This document shows positions 9,309-18,280 of a DNA stretch of 64,000 nt, piece after piece; positions within the stretch are counted from its first letter, which is position 1; the number at the start of each line of letters is the position of its first letter. A program made the translations under genes and the position numbers. The stretch is taken from positions 6,724-70,723 of the IMG/VR virus record IMGVR_UViG_3300036800_000041; one strand, given 5' to 3'. The notes beneath the pieces were generated by a model that saw only the letters and a program-made list of their open reading frames with translations, was not told where the DNA came from and made no database searches. The stretch is from a virus.

Positions 9309-9656
9309 ATGGCTAGAACACGCACCAAATCACGAAGTGTGAAGTGGGGCAAAGGGTCACGGGGCAATCGCAAGATGCCTGTTCGTGGCCGTAATGCTCG
9401 GATGACATTCAGCAAAGGCAGTAGCTCCCCCAGTGCCGCGGCCCGGCGCAAATACGGTGGCGGCAAGGGCCTGAAAAAGGGCAGCTATCCCGTCGACAGC
9501 GTGGCACATGCCAAGTCGGCGATTCGGTTACGCGGACATGGCAACAAAAAAGCTGTACTCAACAAAGTGGCCAGATCACGGTACGCGAAGAATCCCACGG
9601 TCAAGCGAATGCTGGCGAACGCACGCAAGAAAGACGCGGGCAAAAAGGCAGCCTGA
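9309..9656 (+). CDS. highly basic Lys/Arg-rich protein
   Basis: Almost no acidic residues; YPVDSVAHAKSAIR motif. Confidence 0.7.
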   Translation: MARTRTKSRSVKWGKGSRGNRKMPVRGRNARMTFSKGSSSPSAAARRKYGGGKGLKKGSYPVDSVAHAKSAIRLRGHGNKKAVLNKVARSRYAKNPTVKRMLANARKKDAGKKAA

Positions 9657-9685
9657 CGCGCCGGGGGCATCGCTAGACTCGCGCC

Positions 9686-9805
9686 ATGGCTGCTAACACA
9701 CCGAGTGCGCCCGCCGGCACGCCGAAGGCAAACCCGTCACTGCCCGTTACGTCGACCGGTGACCCGAAGGCCAATGCGACCCCGAGCCGGGGCGGCGTCA
9801 AGTAA
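9686..9805 (+). CDS. small Pro/Ala/Thr-rich peptide
   Basis: TAGACT-N6-ATG leaderless start; fills the gap between the two basic proteins. Confidence 0.5.
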   Translation: MAANTPSAPAGTPKANPSLPVTSTGDPKANATPSRGGVK

Positions 9806-9807
9806 CG

Positions 9808-10098
9808 ATGGCGCGTGGGCGCTCGCGCGGCACGGGATCGGCAAAACCAACCGCCGGCGGTAAATCAAACGCTGCCCGTGGTATGGCCAAGGTCGGCGTC
9901 GGCAAGAAACGCGGCACCTATCGCGGCTTCAAGAGCAAAAAGCAATGGAAATGGGCGTGGGCCAGCAAGCAGCCATGGGCCGACCAGAAATCGCATCGCA
10001 CCGCCGGCGGCCCGAAGATCCGCTACCGCCGATTACCCGAGAGCAAGCACAGCGGCAAAAAGGGCGCCCGCGGACCGACGTCGATCAATCCGAATTGA
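9808..10098 (+). CDS. highly basic protein
   Basis: FKSKKQWKWAWASKQPWA...YRRLPE; K/R/G-rich. Confidence 0.7.
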   Translation: MARGRSRGTGSAKPTAGGKSNAARGMAKVGVGKKRGTYRGFKSKKQWKWAWASKQPWADQKSHRTAGGPKIRYRRLPESKHSGKKGARGPTSINPN

Positions 10099-10116
10099 GG
10101 CGGTGGACACGACAAA

Positions 10117-10148
10117 GCCCCGGCTGCCTTATTAGGCGATGCCGGGGC
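10117..10148. terminator. hairpin between convergent genes
   Basis: GCCCCGGC...GCCGGGGC stem. Confidence 0.6.
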
Positions 10149-10172
10149 GATGTCGCTAGCTCTCCTACTAGA

Positions 10173-10559
10173 TCAGGACGCTGGCGGGGTACCGGTGCCT
10201 GAAGTTGGATCGCCTGGAGCGGCGGTAGCACCGGTGGCACCGGTGGCGCCGGTCGATCCACCGGTTGGGCCGCCCCCAGTTACCGGGGTCGATGCCGCGT
10301 CCAACTTGGTCTTGAAGTCGGCCAGACTGGCATTGATGCCGTCAAGGCTGCCGGCCGGAATTGCCGGGTTCGCGGCGACGAAAGCCTCGAATTCAGTTTC
10401 GAGTGAATTGACCGCGGTTCCTACCGCGGCCAAGGCATCGGAGTCGACAGTGACAAGGGTCATGAGCTGATCCAATCTTTCGATGATGGGGCGAGTGACG
10501 GCTTCGGTTATCAACCACACAGCCATTCGCAACTGGCGATTGTCGATGAACCAGGGCAC
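10173..10559 (-). CDS. hypothetical protein with G/T/A/P low-complexity tail
   Basis: ORF with a helical core and GAT repeats. Confidence 0.65.
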   Translation of the reverse strand: MPWFIDNRQLRMAVWLITEAVTRPIIERLDQLMTLVTVDSDALAAVGTAVNSLETEFEAFVAANPAIPAGSLDGINASLADFKTKLDAASTPVTGGGPTGGSTGATGATGATAAPGDPTSGTGTPPAS

Positions 10560-10589
10560 GCGGCCCAGGATAGCCGACGTACGTGACGG

Positions 10590-11264
10590 TTAAACTGTCA
10601 CTGCTCCCGGTGTGTCCTGACCTATCGACGCCGTGCTAGCCGGGCGTAGCACGTTTTCGATGACAATGTCCAGATCCCCGCGGCGACGTGCATCACGAAT
10701 TAGTTGAACGGGTAAATTCAGCTTGCGGGCTAAACGGTAATCACGTTGGCGACTGGCATGGCATTCGCGACACCAGCGTCGGCCGGCATTCCAGTAGGTA
10801 TTCCAGTCAGCCATCAAATGACCTTGGCCGCAGGTGTCGATCGGCTGACCGACCAAACGAGCGTCGAGCACCCGATCGAATTGTGCTTTGATCCGGTCCC
10901 GGTCGGCGGCCATGTCGCTTAGATCGCGGCGCAGAGTACGTGCGTCGGAATCCGCCAGCGCCATCTGATTAGCGAACGCCTCGACCTCACGCTGATAGAT
11001 CAGACAGACCTGTGTCATGTCGGCGGCGCGCACCGATCGCACCAACCGCAGACTGCACCCGAGCCGGTCGGCGATATCCTCGGCGGTGAAGCCACCCAAG
11101 GTCAGGCCGGCGACCACCCACGATCGATCGGCGTCGGTGAGATTGCTCATTTTTCTTGAGCTTGAGCCACAGCGCACCGCGGCGATCAGCTGATCATCAG
11201 GCTCCCAGCGCGATCTTGCGACGGTATTTATCGTCCTGCGTGAGCGCCCCGAGTCATTTGTCAT
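10590..11264 (-). CDS. HTH / coiled-coil / Zn-finger DNA-binding protein
   Basis: FTAEDIADRLGCSLRLV (HTH); CGQGH...NTY...RWCRECH Zn module. Confidence 0.75.
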   Translation of the reverse strand: MTNDSGRSRRTINTVARSRWEPDDQLIAAVRCGSSSRKMSNLTDADRSWVVAGLTLGGFTAEDIADRLGCSLRLVRSVRAADMTQVCLIYQREVEAFANQMALADSDARTLRRDLSDMAADRDRIKAQFDRVLDARLVGQPIDTCGQGHLMADWNTYWNAGRRWCRECHASRQRDYRLARKLNLPVQLIRDARRRGDLDIVIENVLRPASTASIGQDTPGAVTV

Positions 11265-12353
11265 TCATTTCCCTTCCATCGCTGCCCTGGCGGCCAATAT
11301 CTGCAGGGACGGTTTCAAATTCGGAACACCGAGCCCTGTCACGTCGTCACGGCCCGGCCCGGCACGATAAGCGCCGTTGCGCCCGATCGTCACGTCGTAG
11401 AAGCTGCCCGGCGTCCCGGCCAACAGACCTAGATAATCGAACGTATGGCCGTTGGCCCCGGCCGCCTCCCACAACAACGCATGACCGGCCACCATCAGCG
11501 GTGCCACCAGCGACGTCCCCGCGATAACGACATGGTTACCGTCGATGACCACTTCATAGCCGGTATCAGGGTCGGCATTTCCTGCGATATCGGGCACTTG
11601 ACGACCCGGAAACGCTTTACTGACGCCGCCCCCGGTCGCGTCAGTGCGCGGGTTGTCGTCCCAGGTCACCTCGGTAAACCGCTGACCCGCGGTAGTCAGC
11701 ACCAACCTGGTACCACCACAGCCGATCGCACTGGGCGCCGACGCCGGAAAATCGACCTGGCTCCCGTCATCGGAGCCGTCACCGGATCCCGCGTCACCGG
11801 CCGCGACGAACAACGGCACATGATGTCCTTTGGCCGCGGCGATGACCGTTTCGAAGCGCGCCATCACCGCTGGATCCCAGGTGTTCTCCGGGCCGCCCCA
11901 GCTCAACGTCACCCCATTGCACTCGGAAAAGGCCAGTGACAATGCCGCCTCGAAGTCCTCATCGGTATTGCCGGCGAAATAAACCCGCCACGTCGCGCCC
12001 GGTGCCACCGCACCGGCGACCTGCATATCCGATTGCACTTCCCCGTCGGCACCCTGCGGATCCATCCCACCGCCGTTGGCGCCCTGACCAACCGGCACCG
12101 CGATGAACGCCGGCACCGGATAGCCGTAACGCGCAAACGGTGCGAAATAGCTGTTCATCTGCGTAGTGCTGTAGCCGCCGCCGAGCTCGATAATGCCACC
12201 GACATAACCACGACCGGTGTAACCGGCGCGCGTCGCGGGATTGTAGAGCGGGAAGCCGTACGCCCAGGCCGCCGCGCGCGCTGTCATCGACACCGGCGCA
12301 GCGGTCCGGGGAAACCTCAGGTAATCACGCCGGCGCCCCACATCAACCGTCAT
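11265..12353 (-). CDS. S53 (sedolisin/kumamolisin) serine peptidase, catalytic domain only
   Basis: IIELGGG, GEVQSD (E-x3-D), SWG, AAGDAG (oxyanion Asp), FPAS, GTSLVAP (Ser), DVTGLG. Confidence 0.9.
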   Translation of the reverse strand: MTVDVGRRRDYLRFPRTAAPVSMTARAAAWAYGFPLYNPATRAGYTGRGYVGGIIELGGGYSTTQMNSYFAPFARYGYPVPAFIAVPVGQGANGGGMDPQGADGEVQSDMQVAGAVAPGATWRVYFAGNTDEDFEAALSLAFSECNGVTLSWGGPENTWDPAVMARFETVIAAAKGHHVPLFVAAGDAGSGDGSDDGSQVDFPASAPSAIGCGGTRLVLTTAGQRFTEVTWDDNPRTDATGGGVSKAFPGRQVPDIAGNADPDTGYEVVIDGNHVVIAGTSLVAPLMVAGHALLWEAAGANGHTFDYLGLLAGTPGSFYDVTIGRNGAYRAGPGRDDVTGLGVPNLKPSLQILAARAAMEGK

Positions 12354-12868
12354 TCGTCTTCCATATTGGTGATCCCCAGCGCCGCGGCGAGCCGGCGCGA
12401 ATCCAGGTCGATCACATCACCGGAGGCGACACCGGCCCGATGTGCCGGGGTCGCGTTATTGCGTACTAAGCCCATCAGCACATCGGCCCAATACGTCCAG
12501 CGCGCCGACCAATACCATGCGTCCTGACGATAAGCACCGCTGCGCCCGCTCGCCCGGCCGATGATCATGGTGAAACGCACTCCCACCCGATCCGCGTCGA
12601 TGAACGCGACGACCTGATCGTCGCTGCCCATGTCGAGACCGTGCGTCTCCATCCATCGGCGCGCCAGCACATCGCACGCCGCGATCATCGAAGACTCCAC
12701 CGCGTCACGCACACCGTCGGTGACCAGTCCCGTGCTACACGCCGCGGCCAGCACATCGGCGTCATCGAGTCGTGGCAGCCACACCTCACGCACCTCGGCC
12801 AGCGTCGCATCATGGAACGGCTCGGCAATCCTGGCCGGCATCACGGGTGTTCGATGCGCCATCTTCAT
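12350..12868 (-). CDS. hypothetical protein
   Basis: Open frame; start uncertain (12868 or 12913). Confidence 0.6.
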   Translation of the reverse strand: MKMAHRTPVMPARIAEPFHDATLAEVREVWLPRLDDADVLAAACSTGLVTDGVRDAVESSMIAACDVLARRWMETHGLDMGSDDQVVAFIDADRVGVRFTMIIGRASGRSGAYRQDAWYWSARWTYWADVLMGLVRNNATPAHRAGVASGDVIDLDSRRLAAALGITNMEDE

Positions 12869-12872
12869 CGCA

Positions 12873-13682
12873 TCAGAGATTGGACCAGCCGTTGTCGTGA
12901 TCTCCCTTTTCATTCGCACTGCCCTCACTGTCCCTGCTGGTTGCGGGTCCGGTGCTACCGAATCGGTCAGGGTCGATAGCAGCAGCCGCAGCCGCGCCGA
13001 TCGCATTGTCACCGATATCGGCAGCCACCCTGTCGACGAAATATGGATCAGCATCGATCGGCAGATCGAACGCCGGAATGTCGAAGCCCAGATCGGCGAT
13101 GCGTTCGATGATCCCGTCCACGATCTCGGAGGCATTGAGAGCTTCAGTTGCGCGAGCCAGATTTGCCGCAAGCTCTGCACGCTCGGTTCCGGTGGCATGA
13201 GGCATCAACTCTTTCGGCGGTGTCAGTCCCAGCTTCGAAATGAGCTCGGCGGCCTGCTCGGCGAAATCGACGTCGCTGATACCCACCGCCATCCGCGCCG
13301 GTGCATACAGGCCCAACAGTTTGGCCTCCTGCTCCAAACAGCGAACAATCGCCATGATCGAGTCCTTGTCACCCTGCATCGCCAGCGGATAAGCGCCGCG
13401 CTGACAATCCAGTAACACCGAGCGCTGGCGCGCGACGAAATCCTCGGTCGTCTCGTTGAGCACCTCCCGATAGGCAACGCGCACATCGGCACGAGCCACC
13501 GTGGCACTTACGCCCAGCTCCGCGGCGATCACCGAAAACGTACAGCCCATGTTGCGTAAAGTCAGCGCACGCATGCGGCGCTCCCACAACTCTTCGTCCA
13601 CCGGCGCGATCACACCGGCAGCGACCGCGCGCGTGATGGCGTCAGCGGTAATCCCCTGCGATGCAAAATCGGGTGATGCCAT
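12873..13682 (-). CDS. HTH protein, candidate terminase small subunit
   Basis: RALTLRNMGCTFSVIAAELGVS (HTH) and EAKLLGL motif, as in actinophage TerS-like proteins. Confidence 0.65.
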   Translation of the reverse strand: MASPDFASQGITADAITRAVAAGVIAPVDEELWERRMRALTLRNMGCTFSVIAAELGVSATVARADVRVAYREVLNETTEDFVARQRSVLLDCQRGAYPLAMQGDKDSIMAIVRCLEQEAKLLGLYAPARMAVGISDVDFAEQAAELISKLGLTPPKELMPHATGTERAELAANLARATEALNASEIVDGIIERIADLGFDIPAFDLPIDADPYFVDRVAADIGDNAIGAAAAAAIDPDRFGSTGPATSRDSEGSANEKGDHDNGWSNL

Positions 13683-13939
13683 GATCGGCAGGGTAACGCG
13701 CCAGGCGGCGGTTTACATTTCTCTCGACACGCTGACCAGGCCGCTAACAACAAAACCGCAGGTCAACTTTCGATAAAATCTCGGGCAAAAATCTCGACGT
13801 TTTGTGCGCGTGAGTCGAAGTAACGGGCCGCAAGAGCCCGGCGCGCGCCGGCCAAAACGGGAGGGGCACCATCCCCAAAGGTACTGCCGCGCAACATGTT
13901 TCAGCGCTGCGGCCGAATGATGCTGCCGCGCAACACATT

Positions 13940-14188
13940 TCAGTTATGATGCAACGGCGCTTGGACAATGCCGCGTTCGATGGCCTTTTCGCGTAGGTCT
14001 AGCAAACTGTCAATGAGTTCAGCGCTAGTCAAGCCGTCTGCCGCGCATGCCTCACGCAGGCGCCTATGCAGGTAATGCGTCCCTTTGATGCCGATCAATT
14101 TGCGGCCACGTCCATCACTGCCAGCAAACTTGCCGCCGCGCGCGCGCGACACCCTATCGACGTCGCGCGTCACTCCGTCTACCGTCAT
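13940..14188 (-). CDS. small DNA-binding-like protein (RHH-like)
   Basis: RKLIGIKG..LHRRLREACAADGLTSAELIDSLLD. Confidence 0.55.
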   Translation of the reverse strand: MTVDGVTRDVDRVSRARGGKFAGSDGRGRKLIGIKGTHYLHRRLREACAADGLTSAELIDSLLDLREKAIERGIVQAPLHHN

Positions 14189-14189
14189 G

Positions 14190-15090
14190 CCCTCACGTTA
14201 TACCGTCGCCAGCGCCATTGGCTCGCACGCGCGCGGATAAAGGCATGCTCTCCCATGTCATCACTGCCTACCGCTGCACTGAGCACATGAGCGGAACACG
14301 CGCGCGACAATCCATACCGTCTATCGGATCCGCTGTCGTTTCAATGCCTACGCGCCACACTGAGCACCGAACGGCCGGCGAGCGATAGACACTGCCCTAC
14401 CCGATCACTCACACGTTCAGCGTCCCGTGTCGCTGCCTACCGCTGCACTGTGGCCCATCACTGCCATGCGTACGCGCGTGGCTGTCACCCGATACCAGCA
14501 CCGGCACTGTCATCGTCAGGTACGCACTGCCTACTCCAACGCTGTGGTCGACGCTCAGACCGCTCGGCTACGTGCGTCAACGTACGGATCCGCTCGGCTA
14601 CGCTCAGACCGCTCGGCTACGTGCGTCGAGCTCATCCGTCCTGCGGCGTGTGCCCATGCATAGGTTCGCGCGAGTTCGCGAGCGAACCTATATGCGTAGG
14701 CGTGTGCCCGTGTCCATATGACGCCTGGCTCGACCCTATTATCTGTATCTACATATCTGCATACATTCGTAGTCATGCATATATAAAAGGCTGCCCTGAC
14801 TAACGATGTTGTCTAACGATGATGTCTAACGGTTGTCGGCTGACCGCGACCCCTGTAGGCGCTCAGCCTACCCTACCCTGTCAATGTCAAACAACAACCG
14901 ATTTTCTTAGCGTTCTCTTACTTGACACTCTCGGTGCCAGTATGGTTGGATTTCGCGCGCGCGTGAGGGACGCGGCCGGATCACGCCGGCATGGATCCGC
15001 TCAGGCAGTCGACAACGGCTCAGTTGCCCTAGAACGCACCGAGCGCCGCTGCCCGATGGATGACAGCGGCGCTCGGCCGTTATGCGCTCA
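14190..15090. repeat. repeat-rich non-coding region
   Basis: 28-bp direct repeat at 14551 and 14600; CTGCCTACCGCTGCACTG twice; inverted repeat 14660-14691; AT-rich 14737-14790; 13-bp tandem 14800-14836. Confidence 0.7.
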
Positions 15091-15107
15091 GTGTCCAAGC
15101 GCGGCGC

Positions 15108-15440
15108 CTAAGCGCTGCGCCATGCGGCCGGTATGCCGGCGCGCAGCTCTGCGCGCATGACCGGCTTGGCAGCCGCAAAGCCGGCGACCACGATGAGCAC
15201 GATGAGTTCGTCGACCGGACCGGGTATCGCCAGCGCGACGGCTAGTGCGACACCGAGCCACGCCGGCACGTGGCGCCGGGTAATCGTGATGACCGCGTGC
15301 AACGTGCGCCACACACGCCGGGTGAACCGCACGACAGCGAGCGCGGCACCGGCGATGCCGGTATCCACCACGGCGGCCGAAACTAGGCCGGCCGTGACAG
15401 CAGTGCCCTGCATCGCGTGCATGGCCAGAACCGTGCTCAT
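15108..15440 (-). CDS. membrane protein
   Basis: Hydrophobic helices; IPGPVDE motif. Confidence 0.6.
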   Translation of the reverse strand: MSTVLAMHAMQGTAVTAGLVSAAVVDTGIAGAALAVVRFTRRVWRTLHAVITITRRHVPAWLGVALAVALAIPGPVDELIVLIVVAGFAAAKPVMRAELRAGIPAAWRSA

Positions 15441-15514
15441 CGGTCGGCCGCCATCTCGTAAGCGGTGACCATGAGCCCAAGCACTACCGTGAGCCAGATA
15501 ATCAAGGCGATCAT
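15437..15514 (-). CDS. tiny TM peptide
   Basis: MIALIIWLTVVLGLMVTAYEMAADR; ATGA overlaps at both ends. Confidence 0.5.
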   Translation of the reverse strand: MIALIIWLTVVLGLMVTAYEMAADR

Positions 15515-15762
15515 GCGAGCACCGCGATAGGGTGTCGATAGCCAGCGAGTGTTGACCCGCAGTAGTCACAACGAGCGGTACTGAATTCACCTTCGCAACC
15601 TTCATCGCCCGCCATGACGACATGACCTAGCTCGCCCAGGCCAACATGCGCAATCTGGGCGTCGTGCAATTCCGGCGACGCGATACCGGACCAATCGTCG
15701 TTGGCGATGATCATCACACAATCGCTGCAGGCGAAGCCTTCATAAACCACAGAAACCGACAT
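15511..15762 (-). CDS. small Zn-ribbon protein
   Basis: CSDC...CDYC; follows a repeated promoter/RBS unit. Confidence 0.8.
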   Translation of the reverse strand: MSVSVVYEGFACSDCVMIIANDDWSGIASPELHDAQIAHVGLGELGHVVMAGDEGCEGEFSTARCDYCGSTLAGYRHPIAVLA

Positions 15763-15831
15763 TTCGAGCCTTCCCGGCGGGTACCTCCCGCCTATGCCGT
15801 CGACACTACCGACAACGGTAGGGATTGTCAA
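15763..15831 (-). promoter_or_regulatory. repeated promoter-operator-hairpin-RBS unit, copy 1
   Basis: TTGACA-ATCCCTACCGTTGTCGG-TAGTGT...GGCGGGAGGTACCCGCC-GGGAAGG-ATG. Confidence 0.85.
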
Positions 15832-15930
15832 CCATCCCTTCAGAAGTGATGATCTCGATTACTCCGGCACGCCATGCCAGCGCGTAAACCTGCTCTACGA
15901 TCGTGGCGCTTATGCGCTGCACTGCCCTGG

Positions 15931-16644
15931 TCATGGCCTCAGGCCCTCGCTGTCGTCTGTGCTGTCGTCGTCGGCCGGCAACATGGCGCTAGCGCTGCGC
16001 TGTGTTTCGGCGATATAAGCATCCGAGTAGGCCTGCTCGTATTCGTTCAGTAGGTCGTCTGCCTCGTCGTCATCTTCGGTTACGCCTACCTCGGCGAGAA
16101 CGTCGCGCGGCAACGGTCCATCTGACCATTCGCCGGACAACGGCGCCGGAACGTCGAACTCGAAATCGTCGGACAGAACCGCGCGCAGCGTTTCGATCGA
16201 CGTGTTGCCGTCGATGACCCAAGAACCGGCCGCGCGTCCCGCCTCGGCGCCGAGCTCACGCATACGGTCGGCCGGATCCTCGGCGAGCATGCTCAGTTCG
16301 TCTTCAAAGTGATACGCCCATTCGTTGACGTGCGCCGGGAACAGATCAGAGTTTTCAGACGTGCTACCGCGGCGCATTTCGTAGCGATAGGCCTCGGCCG
16401 CGGCACCGAGAAAACTTGCCAGCGTGCGCAGTATGTCCGCGACGTCGACAACGGCGCCGCAGCCTGACCGAATGTCGTTGCCCTCGTAGATCCAAGGGTC
16501 ATGAGCAGGGTTGATTGTGTAGGCGTAGCGCTGACGGTAGCCGCTGTCTTCGGGCTGCCATTCGGCACCGATGGATTCCACTGTGAGTGTCGACCCGTCA
16601 GACAGAGTGACAGTTTTGATAGGCGATGTGCTGGTCTGAGACAT
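15931..16644 (-). CDS. acidic hypothetical protein
   Basis: 237 aa, very D/E-rich; has its own promoter unit. Confidence 0.85.
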   Translation of the reverse strand: MSQTSTSPIKTVTLSDGSTLTVESIGAEWQPEDSGYRQRYAYTINPAHDPWIYEGNDIRSGCGAVVDVADILRTLASFLGAAAEAYRYEMRRGSTSENSDLFPAHVNEWAYHFEDELSMLAEDPADRMRELGAEAGRAAGSWVIDGNTSIETLRAVLSDDFEFDVPAPLSGEWSDGPLPRDVLAEVGVTEDDDEADDLLNEYEQAYSDAYIAETQRSASAMLPADDDSTDDSEGLRP

Positions 16645-16714
16645 TTCGAACCTTTCCCGGCGGGTACCTCCCGCCTATGCAGTCGACACTACCGACAACG
16701 GTAGGGATTGTCAA
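16645..16714 (-). promoter_or_regulatory. repeated promoter unit, copy 2
   Basis: Near-identical to 15763-15831. Confidence 0.85.
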
Positions 16715-16729
16715 CGGGTCTCAGACAGT

Positions 16730-16778
16730 CAATCACCGGGCCCGCCTAAATGATCTAGGTTGGCGGATCCGGTGATTG
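16730..16778 (-). terminator. long hairpin downstream of a unit gene
   Basis: CAATCACCGG...CCGGTGATTG; repeated at 17351. Confidence 0.6.
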
Positions 16779-16801
16779 TGTTGACGTGCGCCGCGCCGGC
16801 G

Positions 16802-17269
16802 CTATGCGTTCTCGCAAATGTCCTCCCAACGATATCCGCTCGCGAGCCGGCGGAGCAGAGCGCCGCACTTGCACGATTGGACGTAGTAAGCGCCGCCGGC
16901 GCTTTGACCGTTCGTATCACCGGACAACCAATTGTGTTTGACGTGTGCCGCGTCGCGCGTAAGCGTCCGGTACCGATCGCCGGTTGCCCAATGGAATTGT
17001 TCGGCACCCTCATAGACACGCGGCACACGTGCGGCCGAATCGACGTTGAACAGGTGCGCGAGCACGATGCCCCACTCATCCCAGGTTGCGGTGGGATAAC
17101 CGAGATTTCCGTACATTCCGCCATTGCGGCCGGATCCGCTTAGCGTGACGTTGAATGCGCGAGCGCGCGAGTATGAGCCCTTGACGTTGAAGCCTTGCAA
17201 GTCGACGCCGGCCGCGGTAGCGGCTGCGTCGAAGTCACTGTAAACAAGCGTGTCGCTGTGGATGATCAT
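16802..17269 (-). CDS. hypothetical protein
   Basis: 155 aa; ATWDEWG motif, C-terminal CKCG. Confidence 0.85.
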   Translation of the reverse strand: MIIHSDTLVYSDFDAAATAAGVDLQGFNVKGSYSRARAFNVTLSGSGRNGGMYGNLGYPTATWDEWGIVLAHLFNVDSAARVPRVYEGAEQFHWATGDRYRTLTRDAAHVKHNWLSGDTNGQSAGGAYYVQSCKCGALLRRLASGYRWEDICENA

Positions 17270-17346
17270 GGTGAGCCCTTCAGATTGTGCGGCGAGTACC
17301 TCCCGCCTATGCGATTCACACTACCGACAACGGTAGGGAATGTCAA
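17270..17346 (-). promoter_or_regulatory. repeated promoter unit, copy 3
   Basis: TTGACA-TTCCCTACCGTTGTCGG-TAGTGT; hairpin GGCGGGAGGTACTCGCC. Confidence 0.85.
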
Positions 17347-17350
17347 ACGA

Positions 17351-17384
17351 CAATCACCGGACCCGTTGCCGGATCCGGTGATTG
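17351..17384 (-). terminator. hairpin, second copy
   Basis: CAATCACCGGA...TCCGGTGATTG. Confidence 0.6.
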
Positions 17385-17403
17385 TATTGACGTGCGCCGG
17401 CCG

Positions 17404-17643
17404 CTATCGGCCAGCCTTACTCGCGAGTCTGTCGATTGCCTTCCAACTGTATTCGGCGCTGAAACCGGCGAGCGGATGCCCATTGCGGACAGTGACGCGG
17501 GCAAATGGCAGCACAGCGCCGGATACCTGGACCGGTACACCGGCGACGCTAAGACCAGCGCCAGAATTTGCACGAGCCATAATCCGGCGCGCGCGGTCCG
17601 CTCCGCTGTCGCCGCGCGCGTCATCCTTCGGCGCCGCGCTCAT
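17404..17643 (-). CDS. hypothetical protein
   Basis: ATGA overlap with the upstream gene. Confidence 0.65.
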   Translation of the reverse strand: MSAAPKDDARGDSGADRARRIMARANSGAGLSVAGVPVQVSGAVLPFARVTVRNGHPLAGFSAEYSWKAIDRLASKAGR

Positions 17644-17957
17644 TTCGGACCTTCCACCCTGCTCGCGAGCGAGCGAACCGCGGCAACGTGATCGGCTCGG
17701 TACGTGGTTCGGCTCGGTGCGCTGAAATATTGGCGAATGATCCAAGCCTCGGCCGTGTCGTCATAGCCGGCGCGTTCGTTTACCAGCGTGTCGACCGTTC
17801 TATCCCACGGGTCACAGATTGTTACCCGCCGTGCTTTGTACCCGTCAAGCAAGCGCCGGCGTTCGCGCACCGGTTCGTCCAATGCCCACATGAGTGCTGC
17901 AATGGCCATGTCATTGTGAGAGTCGTATGCGCCCGGCGACGCTGGATTAAATGACAT
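17640..17957 (-). CDS. hypothetical protein
   Basis: Follows the leader hairpin and GGAAGG RBS. Confidence 0.75.
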   Translation of the reverse strand: MSFNPASPGAYDSHNDMAIAALMWALDEPVRERRRLLDGYKARRVTICDPWDRTVDTLVNERAGYDDTAEAWIIRQYFSAPSRTTYRADHVAAVRSLASRVEGPK

Positions 17958-17959
17958 TT

Positions 17960-18090
17960 CAATGAGCCTTCCCGGCGGGTACCTCCCGCCTACAGAACAG
18001 ACCCTAGCGTGTTCGGCCGCTATTGACAAGTCTTACTTAGTCGGTATTGTCGGACTGTTAGGCGGGAGATACCCGCCGGATAGGAGGGCA
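17960..18090. promoter_or_regulatory. back-to-back divergent promoters sharing a TTGACAA -35 core, each followed by the leader hairpin
   Basis: Minus: TTGTCA-N17-TAGGGT. Plus: TTGACA-N16-TATTGT. Hairpins at 17974-17990 and 18061-18077. Confidence 0.7.
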
Positions 18091-18147
18091 TTCTGACCAG
18101 CACATATGCGATATTACACATATGTCTAGTGGCACCTGTCACTGGAT

Positions 18148-18280
18148 AAGTTCGGCGACCCGAACTTTTAATTTTGGTCGACCCTAACTTTTGAGTTCGG
18201 TGACCCTAAACCATGGTTTCGGGCAGCCGAAACTGTAAGTTCGGGCGACCCTAACATTCAAGATCGGGAAAGACGAACAT
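18148..18280. repeat. six degenerate 22-23-bp tandem repeats
   Basis: Units start at 18148, 18170, 18193, 18215, 18237 and 18260; consensus about AAGTTCGG(G)CGACCC(G/T)AAC. Confidence 0.8.
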
